A DNA stretch of 64,000 nt, taken from assembly GCA_951406725.2 (NCBI GenBank), contig OX597818.1, positions 125,798,001 to 125,862,000 on the forward strand, given 5' to 3'. The translations under genes and the position numbers were made by a program. Shown here in pieces: positions 25,061 to 38,069 of the stretch (position 1 is the first letter of the stretch; the number at the start of each line of letters is the position of its first letter). The notes beneath the pieces are model-generated. The model did not search any database. It worked only from the letters and a program-made list of their open reading frames with translations, and was not told the DNA's origin. This stretch comes from Octopus vulgaris (lineage: Eukaryota).

Positions 25061-25138
25061 GGTACGGTGAAAGCCACTGATGAGCGTTAAGATGCATTAG
25101 ACATCAGAAGGCGAAATCATCGATGATCTGGCTGTATC
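25061..25138 (+). ncRNA. Type I hammerhead ribozyme with intact catalytic core
   Basis: agcca CTGATGA GC..GATG/CATC..GC GAAA tcatcgatga TC tggct. All core nucleotides are canonical, and predicted cleavage is after C25128. Confidence 0.85.
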
Positions 25139-25219
25139 TCCGACATAGGGAGCTTACCTCCCTTGTCTTCTCATCAAGATAGTGCTTATATATGTATATA
25201 TACATATATACATACATAT

Positions 25220-25264
<45 letters not shown>

Positions 25265-25294
25265 AGACCAAAGTGTACGCACGCCGCTATATTT

Positions 25295-25830
25295 TTATAT
25301 ATAAAAATACAAAAACAGGACAACAAAACAACCAGACAGACGATACAAAGAAAACAAGGACGTATCATTCGGAGTTTTCTTTCCTCAATTGAGTTCCAGA
25401 TTATCTTTGTAACTTCGGCTGTTTACACTCGAGCTTGCTCCAGTCTGGCCAGCCCCAAGGAAAATATAAGCTAATAGCACTAGATTCCTTGCAAGAAAGC
25501 AAGACCGGAAAAACGGAGAAATGGTACACAAATACAAATAACAGGACATTAACAACGTGGGGAGAGAAGAGAGAGAAGTAAAGGCAGAGGGATAGAAGAA
25601 TTAAGGAGGGGCGAGAAGAAAAATAAAAGGGAGAGAGTGAAGTGAAAGAGGAAAGGTGAGCATGAAGGGAAGGCCAGGAAATGTGAGAGAGTGGGGAGCA
25701 ATCTCAAGTATAAACAGCTGAAATTGCAAAGATAATCTGGAAATCGACTGAAGAAAGAAAACTCCGAATGACCAGTCTTGTTTTCTTTGTATCGATTGTC
25801 TGGCTGTTTTGTTGTCGCATTTTTGTATTT
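25295..25830. repeat. Inverted pair of an unclassified repeat of about 140 bp (25295-25445 on -, 25694-25830 on +)
   Basis: Shared GAGCAA.CTC.AGT.TAAACAGC.GAA.TT.CAAAGATAATCTGGAA..GAAAGAAAACTCCGAATGA..TTGTTTTCTTTGTATCG..TTTTTGTATTT. Confidence 0.8.
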
Positions 25831-25924
25831 AATACATACATACATACATACATACATACATACATACATACATACATACATACACACACACACATATATA
25901 TATTATATATATATATGTGTATGT

Positions 25925-26156
25925 GTGTACACATCGCTGGTCACAATGCGTTTGTATTGTTTTAGCCTTCAAATGACGCCACCCCGCTGGCTAAGCGAGT
26001 AGGCCAACAGAAGAAAGAGTAGTGAAAGAGTACAGCAGGGATCACCACCCCCTGCCGGGGCCTCGTGGAGCTTTTAGGTGTTTTCGCTCAATAAACACTC
26101 ACAACGCCCGGCCTGGGAAGCGAAGCCGCGATCCTACAACTGCGAGTCCGCTGCCT
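25925..26156 (-). mobile_element. Fourth tRNA-headed SINE family, near full length
   Basis: Minus strand GCAGCGGACTCGCAGTTGTAGGATCGCGGCTTCGCTTCCC head. The body is shared with 13287-13405. Confidence 0.75.
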
Positions 26157-26317
26157 GCCCCAACCATATTGTTCCGCGTTCAGTCCCGCTGCGTGGCACC
26201 TCGGGCAAGTGTCTTCTACAATAGCCTTGGGCCGACCAAAGCCTTGTGAGTGGATTTGGTTGACGGAAACTGAAAGAAGTCCGTCGAATATATAATACCT
26301 GTATATCAAACCTTCTA

Positions 26318-26371
<54 letters not shown>

Positions 26372-27934
26372 CTGTGTGTGTGTGTATGTGTGTGTGTGTG
26401 TGCGTGTGTGTGTGACGCCGACATTAAAGACATTTAAAGTCACAGCCTTGTGTTTTATATATTCTTTACCGGGTTCCTACCACATGAGATTACAGCCTTC
26501 TGAGTGAGTCATATTAGTTTGCTCGACCACAAACTATCCATCTATATATTCTTGGCGAACTGGCAGAATCATTGACACGCCGGATAAAATGCATATGGCA
26601 TTTTATCCGTCTTTACATTCGGAGATCAAATTCCGTCGAGTTTGCCTTTTGCTATCGATAAAGTAAATCACAGTCAAGTACTGGGATCGATGTAATCGAC
26701 TTATCCCCTCCCCAGAACATGCTAACATTGTACTAAAATCTGAAACCAATATTTTCTAATTTTGGCTTAATGCCATCAATTTGTAGGAAATGGATGTTAA
26801 GCATTACTTAAACTCGGAATATAAAGAGTCGAGAAAAATTTCACAAGACCTCAAATCTGGAGGAAAGTTTGGTCAATTAAATAAACTCCGGTACTTGACT
26901 GGTACTTTCTTTTATCGACCAGAGAATGATGAAAGGTATCGGCGGGGTTTGAACATAGAATCTAAAGAACTGAATAAAAACTGCCGATTTTTAGCCTTTA
27001 TAATACTAATAATTTACGTACCGAGACAACAATTTAGGGGAGAGATTAGTCGATAAAATTAACTTTAGTTCTTGACAGTACATTATTTTCTCAATTTTAG
27101 ATCAGTGCAAAACATAAGATAAATAACATTTAAATGTTATTTAAATGCCGTAAGTTACTTTGAACCTCGGGTGTCGATTCTACAACACATACCTCTAGTA
27201 AAAGAAAATTATAAAAATCAAAGACTATATTTATACATAACGAATGTAGAGAGGTAGGGTGATTTCATTCTAGTAGACTATGACTGTAAAATATTTGCTG
27301 TTATAAGACAGAAAAAATAAAGAAAAAGTAAAAAGGAATTAATACAAATATTTGTAAAACACACGCGTGCGCACACACAGACGTACACACACACAATACG
27401 AAGCTCTTTTTCAATTCAAGGAAACAAATATCAAACAGGAACTGATAGTTTTAACGTCCAAATTCGATCTTGTATTTCAAATAAATTCTATAAAAAAAAT
27501 ATTATGACTACCGATTCGTTGCTGAGAGGTAGGAAGAACCTGGAAATTGTACCGGACAATCAGCTGAGATGTCTGTAGTTTGTATTTATCATCTGACTTT
27601 GAAAGGCTTCATCAAACCTAAGGAGTTGCAGCAGGATAATATGACTCACTATTGTAGGTAGTGGTAGCATTGAGGCTTTGACGAGTCAGATGTTGCAGTG
27701 CTGTAACTTATTCTCCACTTGTAAAAGCAACCTATGATATACCTGCGTCTTATCCCACGGAAAGGAATCTTATCTCTTGAATGAATTCTTTGCGAAGGTA
27801 CATAACTGAGGGATTCGTGTTAGTAAGGTCATGGGTTCGATTTCCTAGAGCAAGGCACTTAACTTCACGTTGCATCAGTCCACTCAGCTTAAAAATTAAT
27901 TGTGTATTCGAGAGTCAAAATGACGACTGCATGG

Positions 27935-27974
<40 letters not shown>

Positions 27975-28699
27975 CACGATCATGATGACAACGATGACGA
28001 CGACGTATCGCGAACTCAGTGTCACAGAAACTTGGAATAAATACCGATCATAAATTTTCACGTGGTTCGAAAACGACGAACAAAGCAAGAGAAGAAAAGG
28101 AGGAGAAAGAAAGAAAGAAAGAAAAGAGGAAGAAAGAAAAAGCCAGAAAAGGGAAGAGGGAAAGGAAGAAAGACAGACATAACGAGAAAGATTAAGTTTA
28201 TGAATAAAAGAGATTATTGTTTTCGCTATATATAGTATCTTCCATACCTTATAAATGTAAGTAATACGACGTAACCCGTGAGGCAATGGTGCGTGTAGAG
28301 GTTGAAGAGAGAATACTGGAGTAGTTTCAAGTTGCCTTTATCAATATCCTCAGATGAGAATTCACCCCAGCTCTAGTAGCGAAAGAAACAGTTGTCAATT
28401 ATAAAGTAATCCCCCACCACCACCACCACTACATCTTTACCGCGCCTATTTACAGCTACCGCTGTGAGATGAGGTCTTTAGTTTCCTCTGCCGGAACCTG
28501 GAAAATTTACAACTTCCTCAGATTATATTTATTGCTCTTTAAATGATTAAAACGAGCGTTATCTTTAACGTGTGTTAGTAATCTTGATTAAAAAAAGAAG
28601 AGGCTTTCTTGTCCTTTTTTTTGTTCTATTACTTATGAAATGATTCAGGGAATAAAGAATAATATTTACTGAGGGCTACAATTGAAAATCAGACAGATA

Positions 28700-30830
28700 G
28701 ATAAGCTTGAATTAGCGCAACAATGAACAAAAACGCTGAAGAAGTTTATGAAGATTGATGAGTTGACCAGATGTGGGCAATTGATTTTTATTTTCTGGAG
28801 GATACCAAGCAAAATGAAGTTTCAAGCTAACTAGATGTAATTTCCAGTTGCAGCCAGCGGTAAACATGAAGCGATCACAAACTCCTTTTGCCATTCATTG
28901 AAATGAAGCCACTTGTATCTATGACAGACATCAGAATTGAGCTGGTGAATGGAGAATTCCTAACAGAAAAAGAAAAGAATATGTAAAGCTACCAGTGAAT
29001 CGAAATTGCGAATCTGAAAACAAGGTCGCCTTAGCAGCATTATATTCCCCCCAGGCAAATCAATGAACTGGACCTAGCAGTATTTATTTATTGACAGCAA
29101 ACCATAACATGCTTAGCTCAGAATTGGGCCCTATACATGTGAAGCCCCCGGACAACTGCGCAATGTGCACATGCTTTAAGACGATACTGCCAGAAAGAAG
29201 AACGGTGTGGTGTACTGGGTGGAATGGAGCGGTTGTGGTAAACCGTTTTTTAGTTAACATAATGATATATCCTTAAAAACACACACTTAAAAAACACCCT
29301 TTTAAAGAAAGAGTAATGTTTATGAACTCCGATTGTGACCGAAGAATCAGACTGGACGTTAACAATCTTGATGCAGGATGCATAATTAGCGAAGGAACGT
29401 CACTTTACTGATAATGTAGCGGCGTTTCTATAAATAGTGAGAAAAAATATCTAATGAAAGCGCAAAATTCACTGAAATGTTTCGTATTTTCTTATTCTTT
29501 GACATGGAGTTGATTGGTATACAGCTATCTTTAATATTCAGTCTATTCGAGTTATGATGAAGATGAAAATGACTTTGTATGATTTATTATATTTATTTGA
29601 ATTTTTTAAAGACGCCCAAAGCCTAGTGAATTCTGTGCTTTGGGCTACAAATTTATTATAGCTATAGCAATGACGGCGTTCCCTTCATTCATATTCATAT
29701 ATCTCCTTAATCGGATCGTACCCATGTAAGCTTTTACCTAATCTTATTAACAATATATTAGCATTAGAAAGTGGACGATTAATGATGCTAGACAGTATAT
29801 AACAAAGATTGGAAAAAATCTGTTCAAGTAGCGTATACAGAAGGATAATAATCTTGAGATTGAATTTGAACTCTGTCATGGGCGCTGGATAATTAGGAAG
29901 ACTGAATTGCGATAGAATACTGGATGCCGGCCTGGTGGGTAATGACGAGCATGGATGATTCACGGTCAGACGAGGCCTGCTTAAGAAAATCTGTTATATA
30001 TTTTGATCGATTATACTATATTGTAGCTGACTTTTTGAAATTTCTTGTAGAAATATCACTCTATGAGTGAAAGTAAACCAGAATATAAAGCGAAAGTGCA
30101 CGTAATATCCTAATGATCTTAATTATGAAGATTTTACGACAGAAAAACAACAATTATTATCAGCAGATACGGAATATTTTGGAAAACTGGAGCTAAAAGT
30201 TTTAGAATTGCCAAATTTATTAACTGACTACAAATTCAGTGAAATATTTCCAAATATTTATGTTAGCTAAAAAATATTGCCGAAAATTCCAGCTACAGGA
30301 ACATCAGCAGAAAAATCTTTTAGTAAACTCAACATTGTTTTGTTTCATCTCAACTTGATTTAGAAAGACTGGCTACTGAATCGAACGTTTCAAAAAAAGC
30401 AAAAAAAAAAAAGCTGATTTTGTTATTTTGCAAAGCTAGAAAGTCTAGGCTTTTGTGTAAAGTATATTGTTATTTGGTCATTCTTGATCACAGGGAATAA
30501 AGCCTTTATGACAGTTTACCGGTCACCATGTTCTGATAGCTTGAGATTAGTAATAATCTTCAACTATAATTTCATAGTCACACACTAAAAGTTGTTTATT
30601 TTGTTCATATTTTATTAAAACTATATTTTTCTGTAAAGAAGGATAAAAAATACAACTTTAAAATTTCACGTTATAAAATTGTTTTATTAAAAAAGCTTAA
30701 CTGAAGATTGAAGATCCATTTGGACCTGAAATTTGCCATTTTGAGAGGATCTCCTCCTTCTCCGAGAATCGAGATGGGATCCATAATTAGTCTTGTTTCG
30801 CCTTGCAAAATTCCTGTCGGCAGTAGTATA
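28700..30830 (+). mobile_element. Highly decayed hAT transposon
   Basis: 30233-30337 translates KFSEIFPNIYVS*KILPKIPATGTSAEKSFSKLNI, the hAT C-terminal dimerisation motif (FPNI..P.T..SAERSFSKL). Upstream sequence looks coding-derived but is full of stops, so the boundaries are approximate. Confidence 0.7.
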
Positions 30831-31691
30831 GTGAATTATAGATAGACTGTTGATTTGATGGCTAAGAAGTCAAACGTCATCAAAGTCCTACGGTTGAATG
30901 AGGATTTGAGTTTGACAGGTCAGCAGTAATTTAATTCGAGCGCAATACACGCTGACGTTGCACGGTACAGTTAACCTCGATAGGGTTAAAACTTAGAACG
31001 TAAAGAGCCGAAACAAATACGGCGAAGTATTTTTAAATCCTTTTATCAGAAAAAAATGTAGGGTCTATTATCCTTTACATAGTTTCAGAGGGAGAGCTAC
31101 AGTGGTAATACAGAGAGAAGAGTGTGAGGAAGAGAAGGGTGAGAGGGAGAGAGAGAGGGCGGGAGAGAGAGCTGCTCTGAATGCTTGCATCAGATCAGAA
31201 TCTATTAAAGACACCCCAGGTGTCATGTGGACATGTTGAGTCAATGACGGATTAAGTCTACTACCAAAGTAGGGCATGGTGGAATTTGAAATAAAGGCAT
31301 ACAAAGCCGGAACAAATACTGCAGCGTACTCTAAAGATTTCAGTACTTATTTTTTGAAGCCTGGTATTTTTCTATCAGTGGAGTTAGGGTGTTGGACTTC
31401 TGATCGTAAGATTGTGGTTTTGACTCCTGGACCAGGTGATGCGTTATGTTCTTGAGCAAGACACTTCATTTCATGTTGCTCCAATATACTCAGCTGGCAA
31501 AAATGAGTAATCCTGCGACGGACCAGCGTCCAGTCCAGATGGGGAATACATATGCTATTGAAACCAGGAAGCCGGCCCTCATGAGCTTGGCTTGGCTTGA
31601 GAAGGAAATAGTTATTTTATCTATTCTATCGATCTTTTTTGTCGAACCGGTGTCAAGCGGTGGTGGTGGGGACAAACGGAGACACAAAGGC

Positions 31692-31746
<55 letters not shown>

Positions 31747-31812
31747 GAGTTGCTTCTAGTTTCCGTCTACCAAATCCACTCACAAGACTTTGGTCGGTCC
31801 GAATCTATAATA

Positions 31813-32659
31813 CAGCGGGTCCCAAAAGTCACTGATGGGCTTCAATTTTTAATAATTTTCTTAACTTTACGAATAAATGCATGAAATTTTGATACAATAT
31901 AAAGGACATAATGGAAATTAATATGCACCAGTCAAATTTTGCAACAGTACTACATCACATATGAAAAATGACAGCCATTTTCGGCTTCGTACGCCCGTGC
32001 CCTTTCCAAAAGTTGCCCCTTAACACTCTCAAGAGTTCCAGACTTTACTTCTCTGATTTCTTTATTGATGTTCTCCTTCAGTTGCACCAGAGTCTCTGGT
32101 ATGTTTGACGTAAACCCTCTCTTTCACGTTTTCCCACAAGAAAAGAAGCGGGTTACTCAAGTCTGGGGAACGTGAAAGCTAGTTGAATTGCCATAGCGGG
32201 AGATTATTCTCTCTCCAAAGCACTGTCGTGGCAACTGCATTGTTTCTCTTGCGGTATGAGCAGTTGCCCCATCTTGCCGGAACCATCTTTGAGGTCTACT
32301 TTGAATGGCCGAGCGCAAAAAGGGTCTCAATCATGGATACTTGAAAGATAGTGTTTACGTCAACGAACCGGAGACCCTGGTCCGACTCAAGGAGAACATC
32401 AATAGAGAAATTAGAGAAGTGGAGTCTGAAACTCTTGAGAGCGTTATGGTGCAAATTTTAGAAAGTGCACGGGTGTGTGAAGCTGAAAATGACTGACGTT
32501 TAAGCGATGTCATTTTTCATATGTGATGTAGTAGTGTTGCAAAATTTGACCTGTGCAGATTAATTTCCTTTATGTCCTTTATATTGTATCAAAATTTCAT
32601 GCATTTATTTGTAAAGTTAAGGAAGTTAAAAACCCGTTACTGTCTTTCGGGATACCTTG
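31813..32659. mobile_element. Foldback Tc1/mariner (DD41D/rosa-like) element inserted in a CORE-type SINE
   Basis: Inverted arms of about 320 bp. The minus strand gives WFRQDGATAHTARET..FGERIISR..RSPDL..FFLW..KERVYV, and the plus strand gives GYLKDSVYVNEPETLVRLKENINREIREV. Flanked by TA (31811-12) and CA (32660-61), with the SINE continuing on both sides. Confidence 0.9.
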
Positions 32660-32821
32660 CAGAAGACACTTGCCCTAGTTGCCACGGAGTGGGAATGAAC
32701 ATGGAACCATGTCATTGGGAAGCAATCTTCTTACCACACAGTCACGCCTGCGCATATTTTAAATATTGCTTGTTTTAATCTACCGAGGCAAGCAGAAAAC
32801 ATGCATATGACATACATACAT

Positions 32822-32856
<35 letters not shown>

Positions 32857-33091
32857 TATATATATATGTATATATTAACCCAATGTTTCTTCTGCGCATC
32901 GTAAAAGGTGACTAAGAGAGGACGTGGTAGTATTTGCGCTCCAACCCTCAACAGTAAAACCCTCAACTAAGAGACTACCCAAGCAATTGGAGGGTTGTCG
33001 CCTGAGTGGTGCAAAGGTGTGATCCGCTAGGAGAGGAGAATCACCAACAAATGGAGGAAGCAGTCCCGAACTGCTACAGCGCATGCCCACA

Positions 33092-33147
<56 letters not shown>

Positions 33148-33171
33148 TCTATCTATCTATCTATCTATCTA

Positions 33172-33230
<59 letters not shown>

Positions 33231-33236
33231 GTCTAT

Positions 33237-33344
<108 letters not shown>

Positions 33345-33566
33345 CTGTCTATTAATCCAACAAGCTATCTTTTTATCTATCTATCTATTTGTCTATCTAT
33401 CTTACTAAGGACTTACAGGACTGATCAACAATAACTTTCAAAACAACAAAAAACAACTACAATAACGCTGTTTAGGATTTCGTTCCACAATACTAAATAT
33501 TCGAGGAATTTATCCTACGATTGAAGAGAGAAAGAGAGAGGGATGGGGAAAACAGTAAGTTTATGA

Positions 33567-33710
<144 letters not shown>

Positions 33711-34044
33711 GTAGGAGGAGCCGGGAACGTTATCAGAGATCAGAACAAACTATAATAAATGACAATCTGGAACTAATTAAAGCTGAAAACAAAGATCTCA
33801 CTATGTATTTCGAACAAAATCTACTAATATTTGGGATTACTAGGATTTTTTTCTCACATGTTTCTGTTCGGAATTCGAGATAACAAGAGTAACAAATCTT
33901 GTTTAGACATGTAAATTAATGAATGTTAAGTGGTGAATCTAAGTTAAGTAGAGGCGGATTATAGTTTGGTATAAACACGTATCAATTTTTCATGGCAAAC
34001 TTCTCACTATGCCAGTAAATTCATTACCTCTCTCTATCAACGTA

Positions 34045-34228
34045 TATCTGGCTGTGTGGCAACAAGTTTGCTTCCCAACCACTTACTTCCGAAATTCAAT
34101 TCCACTATACAGCACCTTCGGCAAGTGTCTTAGCTATAGCTTCAAACTTATGAAATCCTTGTGTTTGGATACGTTAGGCCGAAACTGAATATGCCCGTCG
34201 TACATAGATACACAGACACACAGACACA

Positions 34229-34300
<72 letters not shown>

Positions 34301-34402
34301 TATATATATATATATTTGTGGTTTACAGAACCTAGCTGTTCTTTCTAATGTGTTGAATTCACGTTAAAGTGGATTCCTTATGTGTATAAATATACACTAT
34401 AT

Positions 34403-34439
<37 letters not shown>

Positions 34440-34660
34440 GTATAAGCGTGTATGTATATTTCCGGCTTTGTGTCCCCCATCACTTCTTGACAAACGGTGT
34501 AATATATTTTTACATCTCTGTAACTTGGGTGTTCGTCAAAATGACACCGATCGAATAAGCACCAAGCTGAAATCAAAATACGTTCTGAGGTCGATTCGTC
34601 CGACAAAAATACTTCAAGGCGGTGCCCCCGGATGACCACAGCCAATGACTGAAACAAGTA
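34045..34660 (+). mobile_element. Diverged composite CORE-type SINE with expanded internal microsatellite
   Basis: Head TGGCTGTGTGGCAAC..CCTTCGGCAAGTG at 34049-34180. Tail GGCGGTGCCCCC..ATGACTGAAACAAG at 34618-34660. Confidence 0.7.
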
Positions 34661-34709
34661 ATTGATGAAACGCATGCATACATACATGGAAACATACATA
34701 CATACATGC

Positions 34710-34798
<89 letters not shown>

Positions 34799-34874
34799 TA
34801 CAAATGAATATGCTACTTAAGTTAGATGCACCAGAACTTTGTACGGTGTTATCCATATAAATCCATGGGGTGAT

Positions 34875-34976
34875 TATAATAAAAAAAGCAACAAGAATAT
34901 CTTCGGTAATTTGCAACGATCGTTTCACGCTACATCGTACCAAATTACCGAAGATATTCTTGTTGCTTATTTTGAT

Positions 34977-34980
<4 letters not shown>
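34875..34980. repeat. Near-perfect hairpin of about 106 bp
   Basis: AGCAACAAGAATATCTTCGGTAATTTG ... CAAATTACCGAAGATATTCTTGTTGCT are perfectly complementary arms. Confidence 0.9.
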
Positions 34981-35030
<50 letters not shown>

Positions 35031-35874
35031 CGAGATGGTACCTAAAAGTAACCGGAAACGTTGTCTGTGGGACAATCCCTTTGTACTTCGAGCTTTCGTC
35101 GCCAGAGGCCACTTGATGCAACCCTTACGCATCAGTCTACCGACCGGCGTCATTAGATCCAGTTATTGTTTTGCAGTGCTTCTCCCCTGTTCGTCGATTT
35201 TGGCGATGCTTCCGTGAAATTCTGTTTTCTTCTTAGGAAAACAGCGGCCGAAGCAGTCGCCATGTTTCAAATACCTGACAAGAACGCTGCTAAGAGCAAA
35301 ACAGAAGTCTACGACAATTTTTCACGTTTTGGAATGTTCCCTTGTCGCTTGAGGCCCAACCTTTTCAGGGCGACCATCGACCTCCCGAACACGAAAATTC
35401 ATGAACTGATCTTGGGGAACCGTCACTGAACAATTGACAATCTTGTTGATATAACTAGTGTGTCCTGGAGCTCCAGCCAACGAATGTTGAGCGAAGAATT
35501 GGGAATGAAAAAAGTTACTGCAAAATTTGTGCTTCGCTAGCTCACTGAAGATCAAAAGTAGTCACCACTGAATACGTGCCGTGAACTGAAAGAACGGTTG
35601 GAAGTTAATCCGGACCATATTTCGAAGGTCATCACTGGTGCTACGAAATTTGCAGATGCAGAAGAGGTAAAGAAACAAAAAACGATGGCGGTGTTGAAAC
35701 GCATGATTTCGGAAGAGTTCCAACACTGCTACGAACACTGCAAAACGCGTCTGGATAGATGCATTGCTTTAAATGAAGACTACTTTGAAAACGATAAAAG
35801 AATATGCATGTAAATCTAAGAGAATAAAATAACATTTCAAAATTACGGTTTCTTTTGGTACACGTACCCCCTCG
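35031..35874 (+). mobile_element. Internally deleted mariner (DD34D) element with both TIRs
   Basis: TA-CGAGATGGTACCTAAAAGTAACCG ... CGGTTTCTTTTGGTAC..CCCCTCG-TA. Remnants VKFCFLLRKTAAE, SGRPSTS, EELGMKKVTAKFV, KVITG and FQHCYEHCKTRLDRCIALNEDYFE. Confidence 0.9.
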
Positions 35875-36209
35875 TATATAAGCCTAAAATGGATTTAAAC
35901 TACTTAAAGCTTATTCTTGCTAAGGCCTGCCTTTTGCTTTGGTACTTTAAACAGACGCGAACACTTTTTATCATAAATATTTCATATCACAAATATGCCA
36001 ATACGCTTACTTCACACTACATATGTATCCACAATTTTTTTTCTTGCTGAAACTCAATGAAAGTTAGTATTTTTAATCATAGAAAGCAAACGTTAGCTAC
36101 TCAAATCAATGGTGTAGTTTAAGAGTCATAAATATATGTTTCATATGGAATGTTATTAGTCATATTTGTTTCTCATATAATATATTACACTATATTATAC
36201 AATTAGTTT

Positions 36210-36415
36210 CAAATGTTGGCATAAGACCAGCAATTTCGGAGCAGGGAGTAAGATGATTATGTCAACCTTAGTACTCAACTGGTACTTATTTTATCGACTC
36301 CGAAAGGTTGAAAGTCAAAGTCGACCTCGGCAGAATTTGAACACAGAACGTAATGACGGACGAAATGCTGCTAAGAATTTTGCCCGGCGTGCTAACGATT
36401 CTGCCAGCTAGATGC
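36210..36415 (-). mobile_element. Meta/MESC-like SINE (B-type tail)
   Basis: Head and central domain on the minus strand. Confidence 0.8.
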
Positions 36416-37584
36416 CTTGCTATATTATATTATTAGTTCAAGTTCGGGGGAGTTGCTTCTGTTCTCATTACTGCACGCTCATACGTCGATTTCAAAAAGA
36501 AACCCATTTAACATATTCATATAAGTAACCTCCCATGATAAATCCTTAAAATCCTTAAAAATGTTTTAGCCCGAAGGCCGCGGCCATGCTGGGGCACCAC
36601 CGCTGATGTGTATATTTATTTTGAAACTTCGTTCAGAGTTTTGTAACCTCGCTTATTCTCATCCAAAATGGAGATGAGTATCAACACTTTCATATGGAAC
36701 GTTTGACCAATTGTGAAGATCACTTCACATGAAACCATTGGTTGCTTTGTTAATCCATAATATATAAACGCACACACATATTAACACACACACACACACG
36801 CACAGAGAGAGGGGGCAAACAGAAAGATAGACAGGCAGACGGACAGACCGATAGACTGATCAATATCTGGATATTTTACTCTGGGAGTGAAGGAACTGAA
36901 AATGATCACTGAAGCAGTGAAGAAGTCAGTAATTCACTTTTGTTTTTAATATGAATATAATTAGTTAATTGCTAACAGCTGCTCATACCACACAGAAACA
37001 CCAAATACAGACACCACGCGCACACACATGCGCATACTCTTAGACTCACATACAATCACACACATTAAGAGTCAAACGAAATCGGAACATCTGTATAGGA
37101 TATGTAGATGGAATAAACAGTGATAGAAAGGGAGAGAGGGAAGGAGAGAGAAGAGAAGGAAGAGGAAAGAGTGAGCGAGAGGAGTGTGACAACACTCAGA
37201 CACACAGAGTTTTATTGGTTATGGGACAAAGGTTAAACAATGGTGATCTATTATATTTTTTAGCAAAATGATCTGTTCACACTTGTATAAATGATACGGC
37301 TAGCGTATAAAACGAAATAGATGGAAATATACAGCGTTGAAGTGGAATGACACATTTGACTATATGAATAAATAAATACATAAATAAATATATACAACGA
37401 AAAGAAGAGAAACGAAAATACCTCTTCAACACTACTTTATTATTCGAGAAGACAGTTTGAAAATGAATACAGGAATTTATAGAAATATTGATTTCAAATT
37501 GTGGCACAAGGCCATCAAATTCGGGTGAGCGAGCAAGTCGACTACAGCGACCCCAGTACACATACATGCACAAAAATACATAGT

Positions 37585-37739
37585 ACGTGGCTGTGTGGCA
37601 AGAAGTTTGCTTTCCAATCACACAGTTCCGGGTTCAGTCCCACTTCGCGGTACTTTGAGCAAGTGTCTTCTACTATAGCCTCTGGTTGACCGAAGCCATG
37701 TGAGTGAATTTGGTAGACGGAAACTGAAAGAAGCCCGTC

Positions 37740-37794
<55 letters not shown>

Positions 37795-37960
37795 CGTGCG
37801 CGTGTAAGTATGTGTATGTGTGCGTGTTTGTTTCCTATAATCGCTTGATAACCGGTGTTGGTTGTGTTTTCGTACCCGTAATTTACTTTAAAACATTCTT
37901 CTAAAATTCTTCGTAATAGTGCCCCAGAATAGCCACAGTTTAATGACCGAAACAAGTACA
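37585..37960 (+). mobile_element. Composite CORE-type SINE
   Basis: Head, CORE, (TA)n/(TG)n and a diverged tail. Confidence 0.8.
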
Positions 37961-38037
37961 CTATAAACGATGTGTGTGTGTATGTGAGTGTGTGAGTTTG
38001 TGTGTGTAACTGTGTGTGTGTGTATGTGTGTGTGTGT

Positions 38038-38069
<32 letters not shown>

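Noticed and set aside
25396-25448. Hammerhead-like fold ccaga-CTGGAGCA-AGCT..AGC-CGAA(G/A)..tctgg in the inverted repeat
   Set aside because: The core does not fit CUGANGA, and the UH site cannot be placed while keeping stem I.
32880-33090. GC-richer island starting with TGCGCATCGTAAAAGGTGACTAA, resembling a retroelement 5' motif
   Set aside because: It is a single short copy with no coding remnant, so it cannot be classified from this window.
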